A DNA stretch of 64,000 nucleotides from an uncultured Nitrososphaerota archaeon (GCA_964416155.1 CAYQCW010000003.1:1-64000), one strand, 5' to 3'. Positions 48,097 to 57,982 are shown, counted from the first letter of the stretch. The notes: generated from the letters alone by a model not told the origin. Made by a program: numbers and translations.

Positions 48097-48354
48097 CTAA
48101 TCCTCCACCACGATGCGGTAAGCCAGGGTTGCTCCGGCAACCGGGCTCTTTCTGGTTATTTCAAGAATGTCTCCCGGCTTAGCGCCGATTGCAACCGCCA
48201 CAGGGTCGCTGGCGAGGATCTTGGGAAGTTGGGAAGGCTTTATGTTGTACTTTCTGAGGAACATCTCCCTTTCTTCGCTTGACAAAACCTTGTGAGAAGG
48301 CACTAAAACATGTTCGAGTATGTTCACTTTACTAATGTTTTTCTTACTAACCAA
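48097..48354 (-). CDS. rpoH: RNA polymerase subunit H/Rpo5
   Basis: [21 protein letters not shown]. Confidence 0.96.
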   Translation of the reverse strand: MVSKKNISKVNILEHVLVPSHKVLSSEEREMFLRKYNIKPSQLPKILASDPVAVAIGAKPGDILEITRKSPVAGATLAYRIVVED

Positions 48355-48525
48355 GCGATTTCGTCAGGATACCGAAAAAGGGGGGTAATAAACGTTTCCC
48401 CGGGTGCTTCGCGTGTTAAGCCGGCGGGGCCAGGCCTTGGGAAAACCTTTTTAGAAGGTCCTTTAGGCCACCTGACGCGGAAAGTGGAAAAAGTTAAAAA
48501 ACACCCTTATGCAGGAGAATCCGGC

Positions 48526-48669
48526 CCCGCGGTAGCTCAGCCTGGTAGGGTAGCTTAGCATGCTGCGCCGAAAGCTTCCGGCTGTAGTCCTCCACCTCGA
48601 GTGGAGGCGTCTCAGCCTACCGGGCGAACAGAAACCGGAGTGTCGCTGGTTCAAATCCAGCCCGCGGGA
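48526..48669 (+). tRNA. tRNA-Tyr(GTA) with two introns (48549-48572 at about 22/23; 48588-48633 at 37/38)
   Basis: Acceptor CCCGCGG/CCGCGGG, T-arm GCTGG-TTCAAAT-CCAGC; removing both BHB-bounded inserts restores D-stem GCTC/GAGC and anticodon arm TCCGG-CTGTAGA-CCGGA. Confidence 0.92.
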
Positions 48670-48790
48670 TTTTTCACAGGGGCCTCAAGTATTCTTAAAG
48701 CCTAGCACGCGCTAGTGGCAGGAGTCTGTTTAACGGCCATATGAGGCTAACGTTAATGCTTAAATACTGTTATGAACAACGCTCCCAGAG

Positions 48791-49114
48791 ATGACACGAA
48801 CCGGAAAGACTCAAGAAGTGTTCAAGGCAAGGATTTTCGAAGCATTTAGTGATCCAGCTAGGCTGAAGATAATCGACTTTCTGAGAGATGGCGGGAAGTG
48901 CGTCAGTGAGATCGCTGGGAAAACAGGGATCCTTCAGCCATCGGTTTCCCGGCATTTAAAGATTCTGAAAGGGTGTGGAATAGTTAAGGAGAGTAAGCTC
49001 GGGAGTAAGAGGGTCTACAGGATTACTGATCCCAGAATATTCAGAATCGTCGATTCCTTAGACTCACGCCTAGAGGAGAGCTTGAAAAAGCAGATTTACG
49101 AGAGCATTATTTGA
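48791..49114 (+). CDS. ArsR/SmtB family transcriptional regulator
   Basis: FEAFSDPARLKII, CVSEI, QPSVSRHLKILK. Confidence 0.9.
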   Translation: MTRTGKTQEVFKARIFEAFSDPARLKIIDFLRDGGKCVSEIAGKTGILQPSVSRHLKILKGCGIVKESKLGSKRVYRITDPRIFRIVDSLDSRLEESLKKQIYESII

Positions 49115-49361
49115 ATCCGGTACATCGCGACAGCCTCGTGTTGTAAAACCTTAAAGGCCTTATTTTCCACTTCCACCTTCAACCTCTCAGATTTTCAAAC
49201 CGGGAGCGTAATTCAATCCTTCTCCATCCGATAGATGTTGAGCCAGCCCCTGTTCTCATCTCGTGGGAACAGGAAGCATAGACGGCCTACCTTCAGCAAT
49301 ATGGGACGCTGAATAATAGGGGGGAAAGAGATCCGTCGTAAACTTAAATAAAAAATCTCCA

Positions 49362-49925
49362 TTATGCTTTCCACCATTTTGAAACCAAGTATTTAACACT
49401 GTTCCCATCTGGGTCTGAGATCGCGAAGACGAATAGTTTTTTAACAGAGGTCGCGAGCCTTCCTGCTCTGACGAAGTCCGGAGCATCTATCTTGTCCCCC
49501 TTCCTCTTAACCTCCAGTATTGCGGGCGCATGGTCTATCCCTGGGCCGTGCTCGTAGATCGCGAAGTCACATCCGAATTTAATGCCAGGCGTAACTATGA
49601 ATCCTCTGTTCCTAAGATCCCTGTAAACTATAAACTTGCTTTTAAAATCCTCGTGAATCCTCGAGGCTACCCTAAGCAGCTGTTCGAAGGAAACCTCCTG
49701 GTCATCCCTGTCCACAACTCTTATAATTCCTTTCTCCAAAAGATACAATCCCTCGAAAAGATCGAGGGTAAGGGGAGCGTTGAAGTCCGAGTCCTTCGGC
49801 TTAGGTATTCCCACCGGTTTCCCGAAAAACCCCGCACGGTAGACTTCTCGAGAATGTTCGATGTTCCATATTATCAGGCGGTCGCCAACGAGTTCAGCAG
49901 TTATCTTCGCCTGTTCACCTTCCAA
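49362..49925 (-). CDS. endA: tRNA-splicing endonuclease catalytic subunit
   Basis: VYRDLRNRG, GIKFGCDFAIYEHGPGIDHA, GRLATSVKK. Confidence 0.94.
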   Translation of the reverse strand: MEGEQAKITAELVGDRLIIWNIEHSREVYRAGFFGKPVGIPKPKDSDFNAPLTLDLFEGLYLLEKGIIRVVDRDDQEVSFEQLLRVASRIHEDFKSKFIVYRDLRNRGFIVTPGIKFGCDFAIYEHGPGIDHAPAILEVKRKGDKIDAPDFVRAGRLATSVKKLFVFAISDPDGNSVKYLVSKWWKA

Positions 49926-49940
49926 TCCTCAAACCCCTTC

Positions 49941-50600
49941 CTAGAAGACGCTTAGAGAAAGTACTCTCGCAGCGTCAGCAGCGTCAGCAGACCTGTCCGC
50001 AATCTCCTCGATAAGGTTTGCAACATCCTTAAGGAGAAGAATTGTTGAAACATCGGTCTTTGAAAATATTATTTTTATCTCTAGGGCTCTGAACAGGCTG
50101 TCTATCTCCTTCTCATACGCTTCAACGTTCCTGGCGAACTCCTCTATTTTCGAGGTTTCGAAACCCAGCGTGAAAATAACTTCCCTAAGCCTCATAACGG
50201 TTTCAAGAGTTTTTGCAACCAGTTCTTTAAACCCTTCTCTAAGACCCTTCTCAATAGGCTTCTTCCTAAGGAAGAATTCTCTAAGCCTGAACACGACCCC
50301 CTCACATAGATCAGGTATCCCTGTTAACGGAGCTGCTAGCCTCAGGAAATCCTCCCTGCTAGCCATTATGGCTCCCGCTTCAACAAGCTCGTTAGCCAGT
50401 GTTCTCTCCGCCTCTATCGACTTGTTCTTAAGAATGCTTATGTTCGTTAAGGCCTCGTCGAGCCTCGAAGTATCGTCGTCGAGACAAGCTGTAACAAGGT
50501 TATTGACCTCTCTAACAGAATCAACAGCGTATCTGGCCAGCTCCTGGCACGTTTGAAGGAGCTGCCTCTTAAGCCTAAGGGTTGTCTCAGTAGGGTACAT
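49941..50600 (-). CDS. DUF47/PhoU-like phosphate transport regulator
   Basis: Helical repeat with REDFLRLA, YEKEID, IEEIADRSADAAD. Confidence 0.8.
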   Translation of the reverse strand: MYPTETTLRLKRQLLQTCQELARYAVDSVREVNNLVTACLDDDTSRLDEALTNISILKNKSIEAERTLANELVEAGAIMASREDFLRLAAPLTGIPDLCEGVVFRLREFFLRKKPIEKGLREGFKELVAKTLETVMRLREVIFTLGFETSKIEEFARNVEAYEKEIDSLFRALEIKIIFSKTDVSTILLLKDVANLIEEIADRSADAADAARVLSLSVF

Positions 50601-50707
50601 CTTTCAGACTATCCTGTCCTACCTAATACTGTCTTCCAGAGTTTTAAGCTTTTTCAAGCCTATTCCAACCCACGTGATTTTTACAGCTGTTAACCATCTT
50701 TCACGGG

Positions 50708-52216
50708 TTAAATATCCGGCTTAGGGGGGGAAAGCAGCTTGGAAAGCTCTGCGTGAAGACTCCCTATTCCCACTCTCCTCTGCTCCCTAGTATCCCTGAA
50801 CCTAAGGGTTACACTGTCGTCCGAGAAAGTCTGGTGATCAACAGTGACGGCGAACGGTATGCCTATCTCATCCGACCTCGCATACCTGCGACCTATGCTT
50901 CCAGAATCGTCGAAGTTAACCTTGAAATCCCCAAGCATCCTTGCAACCTCCGCAGCCTTATTCACGAAATCCGGCTTAGAAAGCAAGGGGAAAACTGAAA
51001 CGTCGAAAGGTGAGAGGCATGGAGGGGTTGAGAGGCATATGCGCCCGTCCTCTTCAATCCTCAAACCATATTCGAGGAGAGCGTAGAGAAGCCTTTCAGC
51101 CCCAAAGCTGGGCTCAACCACGTGAGGCACTATCCTCCTGCCTGAGGAAGAGATGTAAACGTTCATTTCCTCGCCGCTCACCCTCATGTGGCCCGAGAGA
51201 TCGTAGTCAGTACGGTATGCGAATCCAGCGACCTCAGTCCACCCCCATGACTCCAGCAGTACTTCACAGTCGAAGAGCTGTTTAGCGTAGTGCGCCCTCT
51301 CGCTGGGAAGCTTCTCCCTGAACCTGAAGGCATCTTCAGGGATCTTAAGCGCCTCCAGAAACCTTTTGGTTAAAACAAGGAAGAATGGAAGCCAATTGCT
51401 GCTGAATAAACCGTTTTCAACTCCGTCTTTAACCCTTATTTTTCTAAAGCCCGTTACACCCTTATCCTGATCCTCCGCAGTGAGAACAGGGATTTCATGC
51501 TCCAAATAGTTTTCCTCAGAAGGCCCAGGATTAGAATCTGGGTCGAAGAAGAACTCCACCTCCATTATCGTGAACTCCCTAAGCCTTATGGGTCCCTGTC
51601 TGGGTGAAACCTCGTTTCTGAAAACCCGGCCCACCTGGGCAACCCCCATGGGTAGGCTCGACCTTCCGTGAACGTAAAGCCTCTTGAACTCTGTGAATAT
51701 TCCTTGTGCAGTCTCAGGGCGAAGATAACCTATCTCTCCGGATCCCGCACCTATCTCAGTCTTAAACATCAGCAGCCACTGGAATGCTTTAGAAAAATCA
51801 CCCTTACAATTTGGACATTTAACACCCCTTGTGGAAATAATCTCATCGATCTGCTGCAGCAAGGCTCCTTCAGGAATGGGGAGTCCCGCCTCGCTAAGAA
51901 GATGGTCTGCTCTGTAAACAGCACCGCACTTCTCGCACTTTAAAGCCTTATCCGTGAACTGGGACTCATGTCCTGATGCAACGTAGACAGGCCTAGGCCC
52001 TATTACTGGAGACTCTATTATCTGAAAGTTTCTGGAGTAGACGAAGTATTTTATCCACAGGTTTTCCAAGCGCCTCTTAATCTCGAAGCCAATATTGCCG
52101 AGGGTCAGCAGCCCTCTAACCCCGCCGTATATCTCGTATGAGGGCCAGAATATCCCCCGGCGCTTCGCCAGTTCCATCAGAACATCCGACTTTCTCTGCT
52201 GCTTTACTGCTGGCAA
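50708..52216 (-). CDS. glyS: Glycine--tRNA ligase (alpha2 type)
   Basis: LRPETAQGIF, FRNEVSPRQG, VVEPSFG, SGSIGRRYAR. Confidence 0.96.
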   Translation of the reverse strand: MPAVKQQRKSDVLMELAKRRGIFWPSYEIYGGVRGLLTLGNIGFEIKRRLENLWIKYFVYSRNFQIIESPVIGPRPVYVASGHESQFTDKALKCEKCGAVYRADHLLSEAGLPIPEGALLQQIDEIISTRGVKCPNCKGDFSKAFQWLLMFKTEIGAGSGEIGYLRPETAQGIFTEFKRLYVHGRSSLPMGVAQVGRVFRNEVSPRQGPIRLREFTIMEVEFFFDPDSNPGPSEENYLEHEIPVLTAEDQDKGVTGFRKIRVKDGVENGLFSSNWLPFFLVLTKRFLEALKIPEDAFRFREKLPSERAHYAKQLFDCEVLLESWGWTEVAGFAYRTDYDLSGHMRVSGEEMNVYISSSGRRIVPHVVEPSFGAERLLYALLEYGLRIEEDGRICLSTPPCLSPFDVSVFPLLSKPDFVNKAAEVARMLGDFKVNFDDSGSIGRRYARSDEIGIPFAVTVDHQTFSDDSVTLRFRDTREQRRVGIGSLHAELSKLLSPPKPDI

Positions 52217-52269
52217 ACCATTTCCCCGAAAAGACTTAACGCTTAATAAACCTTAATGTTCAAAAACCC

Positions 52270-52632
52270 TTAAAAAAGAGGCAGGCCCCCAGTAACCCTG
52301 TTTATCAACTCCTCGGGAGCAGGCCCCAGCCCCAGACAGGTCACCGTGCCCGGCTCAAGCTCTGTAAGACCCATGTCTGAAACCAGGCAAGCAGGTATGC
52401 CCTCGTTCGAAGCCGCTTCCTTTAGCCTGATCAACTCTTCAAGAGACCCGGTTTTCAAGACGACCTTCTTCTGACCTTCTTCAAGCCACTCCCTGAGCCA
52501 CTCAGGCTTAAAGCGCCGAGCCTCCTCGGCAGCTGAAACCGCTGCATGAGCCACTTGAACACATGTTTTTCCGCATGACATTTTAAGATCCATCCTGACC
52601 ACTATGCATTGTTTAAACTTGAAGCTTTTCAT
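52270..52632 (-). CDS. pth2: Peptidyl-tRNA hydrolase Pth2
   Basis: KQCIVVRMDLKM, QVAHAAV, GQKKVVLK, DMGLTE. Confidence 0.95.
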   Translation of the reverse strand: MKSFKFKQCIVVRMDLKMSCGKTCVQVAHAAVSAAEEARRFKPEWLREWLEEGQKKVVLKTGSLEELIRLKEAASNEGIPACLVSDMGLTELEPGTVTCLGLGPAPEELINRVTGGLPLF

Positions 52633-52723
52633 GCTTTAAAAGAACCTGGAGGGCGGGATAAAAAGGTTGCATATATCGAGGAACCGCTAAACTTATTAAC
52701 CGGCTTCCCGCGCAGCCCTCACC

Positions 52724-52885
52724 ATGGTTACATGCATGTCCTGCGGCAGGCCTATAGACCCCTATGAGAGATACGTGAAGTTCACATGCTTCAACTGTGG
52801 CGAAGTAACCTTATGGCGGTGCGAGAAATGCAGGACTTTCGCGAGAGAGCTTAAATGCCCTAAATGCGGCTACGTTATGCCTTAA
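52724..52885 (+). CDS. Small double zinc-ribbon protein (DUF1610/HVO_2753-like)
   Basis: Not in ORF track. MVTCMSCGRP...FTCFNCGEVTLWRCEKCR...CPKCGY; canonical position upstream of EF-1beta. Confidence 0.88.
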   Translation: MVTCMSCGRPIDPYERYVKFTCFNCGEVTLWRCEKCRTFARELKCPKCGYVMP

Positions 52886-53030
52886 GCCAGATTGTTTTAT
52901 ATTTTTGATTAGAATAGTGGTTGAGAAAACTTTATATATGGAGTTGGAAACACTGAGCCGAAAACCTGTTGCCGTATGAGATAACAATTAGGCTTATAAC
53001 CCGGCTACCCTGGAAAGAGGTGGTTGAAAA

Positions 53031-53318
53031 ATGAAGCAGATAGTTTACACTTTAAGAGTATTCCCCGGGGAGGATGTAACTGACCTAGAACAGCTTCCGA
53101 CGAGAATAGGCGAGAACCTTAAGAGCGGAAGGATCATTTCCTCCCAGACTGCAGACTTCTTCTTCGGAATGAAGGTTCTCCTCATGAACGTGGAGGCCCC
53201 TGAGGTTGACGGAATATCCGACAGGATTGAAAGCGAGATTAAAAGCACCCCTGGTGTTTCAGATATGGAGATACTGATGGTGAGCAGGAAGATAGAGGTT
53301 TGGAGAGAAGATGGTTAG
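53031..53318 (+). CDS. ef1b: Elongation factor 1-beta
   Basis: LRVFP...DL, FGMKVL, IESEIKSTPGV; conserved context. Confidence 0.85.
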   Translation: MKQIVYTLRVFPGEDVTDLEQLPTRIGENLKSGRIISSQTADFFFGMKVLLMNVEAPEVDGISDRIESEIKSTPGVSDMEILMVSRKIEVWREDG

Positions 53319-53559
53319 AGCATCAAGCAGCGAGGACAGAAGGATAATACCTTTAAGAAACTATATTTTCGACATTCTTGAGAAGAAGCGGAGCATGACT
53401 CTTTCAGAGTTGCTCAGAGGCTTAGAGAAGGATGTTGGCAGGGTGAGCCTGTCTGAGGTTGAGAAGGAGCTCATGGCTATGGAAATAAGGGGAGTTATAA
53501 GGGTGTTCGCCTCCGGAAGGAAGGACCAGAGGCTAGAGTTTATAGGTCTAACAGCATAA
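53311..53559 (+). CDS. Small winged-helix hypothetical protein
   Basis: IFDILEKKRSMTLSEL...ELMAMEIRGVIRV. Confidence 0.6.
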   Translation: MVRASSSEDRRIIPLRNYIFDILEKKRSMTLSELLRGLEKDVGRVSLSEVEKELMAMEIRGVIRVFASGRKDQRLEFIGLTA

Positions 53560-53654
53560 TTCCCCATGTGAAAGAAACGTATAACCAGCATCTTGAGCCA
53601 CTGATTTATTTTAAACATTAAGGTTTAAGAATATTGCCCGGCGCATGATTACAG

Positions 53655-54671
53655 ATGGGTGTTCAGCTGGGCGACATAATTCCGGCTAGGGAAATCAAGT
53701 TGGAGAGCCTCGCCAATAAAAGAATAGCGATAGACATGTATAACACGCTATACCAGTTTCTAACGATAATAAGAGGGGTTGACGGAAGACCCTTAATGGA
53801 TTCGAAGAACAGGATTACCAGCCATCTCTCAGGACTATTCTACAGGACTTGCAACTTCCTCTCCGCAGGCTTAAAACCAATATACGTCTTCGACGGTGAG
53901 CCGCCTAGTATTAAGAGGGAGGAGGCTGAGAGAAGGAGAGCAGTACGCATGGAGGCCTCTAGAAAATACGAGAAGGCATTGTCAACAGGCAGGCTTGAGG
54001 AGGCCCGTAAGTATGCTCAGATGTCGGCAACGCTCGACGAGTATCTTTTAAAGTCTGCAGAAGAGCTTGTGAGGCTCATGGGTGTGCCCGTGGTGCACGC
54101 GCCTTCCGAGGGGGAGGCTCAGGCTGCACACATGGTTGCCACTGGTGTCGCAGACTATGTTGGCAGCCAGGATTTCGACTCGCTTCTCTTCGGCGGCAGG
54201 ATGCTTGTGAGAAACCTTGCGATAACTGGGAGGAGGAAGCTTCCCGGTAAGAAGGCTTATGTTGAGGTGAGCCTTGATGAGATTTCTCTTGAGGAAACTC
54301 TGAAAAGCCTTTCGATAACAAGGGAGCAGTTGATAGACATAGCCCTGCTCGTCGGCACCGATTACACGGAGGGCGTGAAGGGAATAGGGCCTAAAAGGGC
54401 CTTGGAGCTTATTAGAAAGGAGATGAGCCTTGAAAAAATCCTGAGTAGACAAGGTGAAGACCCTGCGAAGCTTCAAACATACTATGAGGCTAAGGATTTC
54501 TTCCTCAACCCCAGGGTTAAGGATGTTGGAGAATTGGAGTGGAGAGACATAGATCAAGAAGGGGTCTTGAGGTTTCTACATGATGAGCACGACTTCTCGC
54601 TAGACAGGATTGTTAAAGCCGTTGAGGAGGTTAAGAAGCGTCCAGCTGGGGTATTGTCAAAATGGTTTTAA
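53655..54671 (+). CDS. fen: Flap endonuclease 1
   Basis: MGV start, YQFLTIIR, TSHLSG, APSEGEAQAA, SQDFDSLLFG, GTDY. Confidence 0.96.
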   Translation: MGVQLGDIIPAREIKLESLANKRIAIDMYNTLYQFLTIIRGVDGRPLMDSKNRITSHLSGLFYRTCNFLSAGLKPIYVFDGEPPSIKREEAERRRAVRMEASRKYEKALSTGRLEEARKYAQMSATLDEYLLKSAEELVRLMGVPVVHAPSEGEAQAAHMVATGVADYVGSQDFDSLLFGGRMLVRNLAITGRRKLPGKKAYVEVSLDEISLEETLKSLSITREQLIDIALLVGTDYTEGVKGIGPKRALELIRKEMSLEKILSRQGEDPAKLQTYYEAKDFFLNPRVKDVGELEWRDIDQEGVLRFLHDEHDFSLDRIVKAVEEVKKRPAGVLSKWF

Positions 54672-54672
54672 A

Positions 54673-55365
54673 CTAGAAACCGTAGTCTCCCCTTAAAGGC
54701 ACAAAGATCACGGGCCCAGCATTGCTTTTCCTCGCCCTGCCTTCAATGTCTTTCTCCACAAGAATCAGGTTCTGCTCGAAAAACCTTGATTGAACCGGTA
54801 TAACCATCCTACCGCCTGGCTTCAACTGCTCTATGAGCGGCGGTGGGATCTTGGGTGCTGCGGCTGTAACAAGGATGCGATCGTAAGGCGAAGCCTCCGG
54901 ATACCCTTTAGAGCCGTCTCCCTCAATAACCCTGATGACCCTGTTGAAACCGAGCCTTATGAAGTTGGACTCGGCGAACTTCACAAGACCACTGTTTATC
55001 TCAACAGTGTAAACCAACGGGCTGGGTGAGTCTAGGCTTGGACAGGTTAACACGGCGAGCGTAGCCGCATGGTAGCCGCTTCCCGTGCCAACCTCCAGAA
55101 TCCTGTCCCCTATTTGAACTTCGAGAAGCTCGTTCATGATGGCAACCATGTGGGGTGCTGAAATCGTCTGACCCGTGTCTCCAAGAGGGAGAGGAGTGTC
55201 GCCGTAAGCACACTCTAGCAGGTTTGGCCAGACGAACTCGTGTCTAGGAACCCTGAGCATCGCGTCCCTCACCCTCTCAGTCTTAACAACGCCTTCTGCG
55301 ACAAGTCGTTCAACAAGCCTCCTTCTCTTCTCCAGAAAAGGGTCTCGTCCGACTGTTTCTCCCAT
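54673..55365 (-). CDS. pcm: Protein-L-isoaspartate O-methyltransferase
   Basis: VPRHEF, QTISAPHMVA, LEVGTGSGY, PYDRILVTAA. Confidence 0.94.
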   Translation of the reverse strand: MGETVGRDPFLEKRRRLVERLVAEGVVKTERVRDAMLRVPRHEFVWPNLLECAYGDTPLPLGDTGQTISAPHMVAIMNELLEVQIGDRILEVGTGSGYHAATLAVLTCPSLDSPSPLVYTVEINSGLVKFAESNFIRLGFNRVIRVIEGDGSKGYPEASPYDRILVTAAAPKIPPPLIEQLKPGGRMVIPVQSRFFEQNLILVEKDIEGRARKSNAGPVIFVPLRGDYGF

Positions 55366-55414
55366 CTTCGGAACAGTTTTTATTAAACCCTTGGATAAAA
55401 CGTTTTCAGGAGAA

Positions 55415-55837
55415 ATGAGTAGAATCGTTGAAAAGGTGCGTGGAAAAGGCCATCCGAACATAAGGGCTACTCACCCAACTACACTCGCAGCCACTGTTGA
55501 TCCCGAGATCAGCGTGGCTGGCGACTGCTTCCTGATGGTTTCCGCAGACAAGTCTCCCTCAACCCTCTCGGAAGACTTTAAGAACGCTGTCCGGAGGCGT
55601 GTAAAGATGAGGGGCAGGATAATCGTAGGAGGCCTTGAAGATTTGTTCGAATGCTACGGTGACCCGAGCCTCTCCTTCGAAGACACGCGTACAATGATTT
55701 TCAGGAAAAGCAGGTATGTTTGCAGCAAAACAGTGGGAGTTGAAAGCAGCAAGAGCGCGAGAGACATAGACCGGAGAATCGTTGAAACGCTCCGGAAGGA
55801 GGCTGAAGCCCTTATTGAGCTAACAGTCTTAGAATAA
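55415..55837 (+). CDS. DUF371 family protein
   Basis: GHPNIRATHPTT, GDC, IFRKS. Confidence 0.85.
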   Translation: MSRIVEKVRGKGHPNIRATHPTTLAATVDPEISVAGDCFLMVSADKSPSTLSEDFKNAVRRRVKMRGRIIVGGLEDLFECYGDPSLSFEDTRTMIFRKSRYVCSKTVGVESSKSARDIDRRIVETLRKEAEALIELTVLE

Positions 55838-55864
55838 AACGCATTGGGAAAAGCTGTTTTTAAA

Positions 55865-56926
55865 CTATCTTTCACACTCCCCTCGGGCGAACTCTATGAA
55901 CTTCCGCTTAGCCTCCTCATAGGGCATTTGAACAGGAGGATGCTTGAAGCAGTATGCTGAAACACTGATCAAGGGGCCGCTGACACCTCTGTCTAAAGCA
56001 ATCTTAACGCCTCTTAAAGCATCTATTATTACCCCGGCACTATTAGGAGAGTCTATTACTGAAAGCTTAAGATCAATGGTTAAGGGGGCACCGCCGAAAT
56101 ACCTGCCTTTAACCCATATGTAGCATATTTTCTCGTTCTCCAGGAAAGGAACATAGTCACTCGGCCCTATGCGAAGCGGCATCTCGTAGGGGGACATCGC
56201 CCTGACGGCCGAGGTCTTGCTCTCCCTCTTGGAGGCAAGCCTCTGCTGCTCCAGCATGTTCAGAAAATCAGTGTCCCCGCCTATGTTCAGTTGGTAGGAC
56301 TCGTCTACTTTAACACCCCTGTCGACAAGAAGCTTGACCAGCGTCTTATGGAGAACAGTCGCGCCAAGCTGACTCATAACGTCGTCACCCGCTATCGGCA
56401 ATCCTTTTTCAGCAAACCTTGTCTGCCACTCGGTTGAGGAAGCTATGAACGTAGGCATGGCGTTCACAAAGGCGACGCCGGCCTCCAGCGCCGACTTAGC
56501 GTAGAAGCGGCTACCATTCTCGCTGCCGACAGGAAGATAGTTCACCAGAATATCTGCCTTAGATGATTTCAACTCCTCAACCACATCCACCTCCCTCTCG
56601 TCTGAGAACTCTATTACTTCCTTCAGATACCTGCCGACACCGTCTAGGACAGGCCCCTTCTTAACAGGGACACCTGTCTTAGGAACATTCTGAAACCTAA
56701 TGGTGTTGTTCGGCTTCTCGAATATTGCTTCACCCAAATCCTTACCAATCTTCCTCCTGTCGATGTCGAAAGCGGCTACAAACTCTATGTCCCCGGGCCC
56801 GTATCCCCCGACCTCCGGATGTGCTAAGCCGACTGAGTCTCCCTTCTCCTGGTAATAGTATACTCCTTGGACAAGCGCGGAGGCACAGTTTCCGACACCA
56901 GCTATTGCTACTCTGATTCTCCTCAT
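55865..56926 (-). CDS. ino1: Myo-inositol-1-phosphate synthase
   Basis: GVGNCASALVQG, NYLPVGS, QLNIGGDTDFLNM, DSPNSAG. Confidence 0.94.
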   Translation of the reverse strand: MRRIRVAIAGVGNCASALVQGVYYYQEKGDSVGLAHPEVGGYGPGDIEFVAAFDIDRRKIGKDLGEAIFEKPNNTIRFQNVPKTGVPVKKGPVLDGVGRYLKEVIEFSDEREVDVVEELKSSKADILVNYLPVGSENGSRFYAKSALEAGVAFVNAMPTFIASSTEWQTRFAEKGLPIAGDDVMSQLGATVLHKTLVKLLVDRGVKVDESYQLNIGGDTDFLNMLEQQRLASKRESKTSAVRAMSPYEMPLRIGPSDYVPFLENEKICYIWVKGRYFGGAPLTIDLKLSVIDSPNSAGVIIDALRGVKIALDRGVSGPLISVSAYCFKHPPVQMPYEEAKRKFIEFARGECER

Positions 56927-56990
56927 GGCAAAAAATACGTATTTTACCTTTATAAAATTAACTAGCGGCTCAAACCCATTAAACCGTAGG

Positions 56991-57494
56991 CTACTTCAGC
57001 TTCAAACCGCATTTCCTGCAGTAGCGCATCCCTTCAGAAACCGGGGCGCCACATCTGGGGCAGAAGCCAATTATTTCACCAATCTTCTCAGGCTTCTCCT
57101 CCTTTTCCAAGCCTTCCTCCTTAATAGGCTCATAAGATTCCTCGGTCGGAGCCTCCTCGTATGCCTGCTCTAAACCCGCTTCGTCTTTTTCAACAGTCTC
57201 AACCTCTTCCCCACTGTGAGCAGCCTCAACCCCCGCCCCGCCGTAGGCAGCCTCCTTCTGACTGCTTTCTTCAACAGCCTCGCTTCGAGCAGCCTCAACT
57301 GGAGCGATTATTCTTCTCCTCGGCCTAATTAAAATCGAACCCACCACGACTATTATCCCCAACCAGAAGACGCCGGTCATCAAGTACTTATAAGTTGCGT
57401 CACTCATCTCCCCGAAAGGATTTTGTATCGTTTGAAAATAAAGGCCTACGGCTATCAGCAGTACGCCGGCAGCCAGCACATTAGCCTTGTTCAA
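56991..57494 (-). CDS. Membrane protein with acidic linker and C-terminal zinc ribbon
   Basis: Two TM helices, Glu-rich linker, FCPRCG...YCRKCG. Confidence 0.75.
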   Translation of the reverse strand: MNKANVLAAGVLLIAVGLYFQTIQNPFGEMSDATYKYLMTGVFWLGIIVVVGSILIRPRRRIIAPVEAARSEAVEESSQKEAAYGGAGVEAAHSGEEVETVEKDEAGLEQAYEEAPTEESYEPIKEEGLEKEEKPEKIGEIIGFCPRCGAPVSEGMRYCRKCGLKLK

Positions 57495-57566
57495 CCCAAT
57501 GTTTTACACTATTAGCAGGTAATTAACTTTTTCGACACCCGATAAAACACGAGGCTGACATTCGCC

Positions 57567-57959
57567 TTAAAATAATCCTGAAGACCTTTTTAAAACAGCT
57601 ATAACGGTGAGAATGATGCAGACTATGCTTAGAGCCAGCTCCACTGGGGAAACCAGGCCTTGGACTGCTGAGAAGTATAATGGCGGTGAAACCCCTGCGA
57701 CTCCGATGACAATACCCACTATGAAAGCGTAGCGGACAATTCTCCTAAGCCTCGGGCCAAGCATCAACCCTGCTATGGATGAGCAAATTATCAGGATTCC
57801 TGCAATAACCAGATTGTATGTTTCACCCCCAGATATGGCTGGGGAAAGTAGGTAGAGTATTGAGAGGATAAGCATAGGCCAGAGGCTGAGAAGCCTACTG
57901 CTAAGTCTAGCCTCCCCCTGCGAAACTGTTCCTCCAGTATTCTCCCTCCCACTCAACAT
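57567..57959 (-). CDS. Hypothetical four-TM membrane protein
   Basis: Four hydrophobic segments; co-oriented with neighbours. Confidence 0.65.
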   Translation of the reverse strand: MLSGRENTGGTVSQGEARLSSRLLSLWPMLILSILYLLSPAISGGETYNLVIAGILIICSSIAGLMLGPRLRRIVRYAFIVGIVIGVAGVSPPLYFSAVQGLVSPVELALSIVCIILTVIAVLKRSSGLF

Positions 57960-57982
57960 TAAGCTTCCCCCTTTACAGTTTT

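Noticed and set aside
48588-48633. Nested third intron inside the tRNA-Tyr anticodon intron
   Set aside because: Internal helices exist but I could not build a BHB with a closing outer helix.
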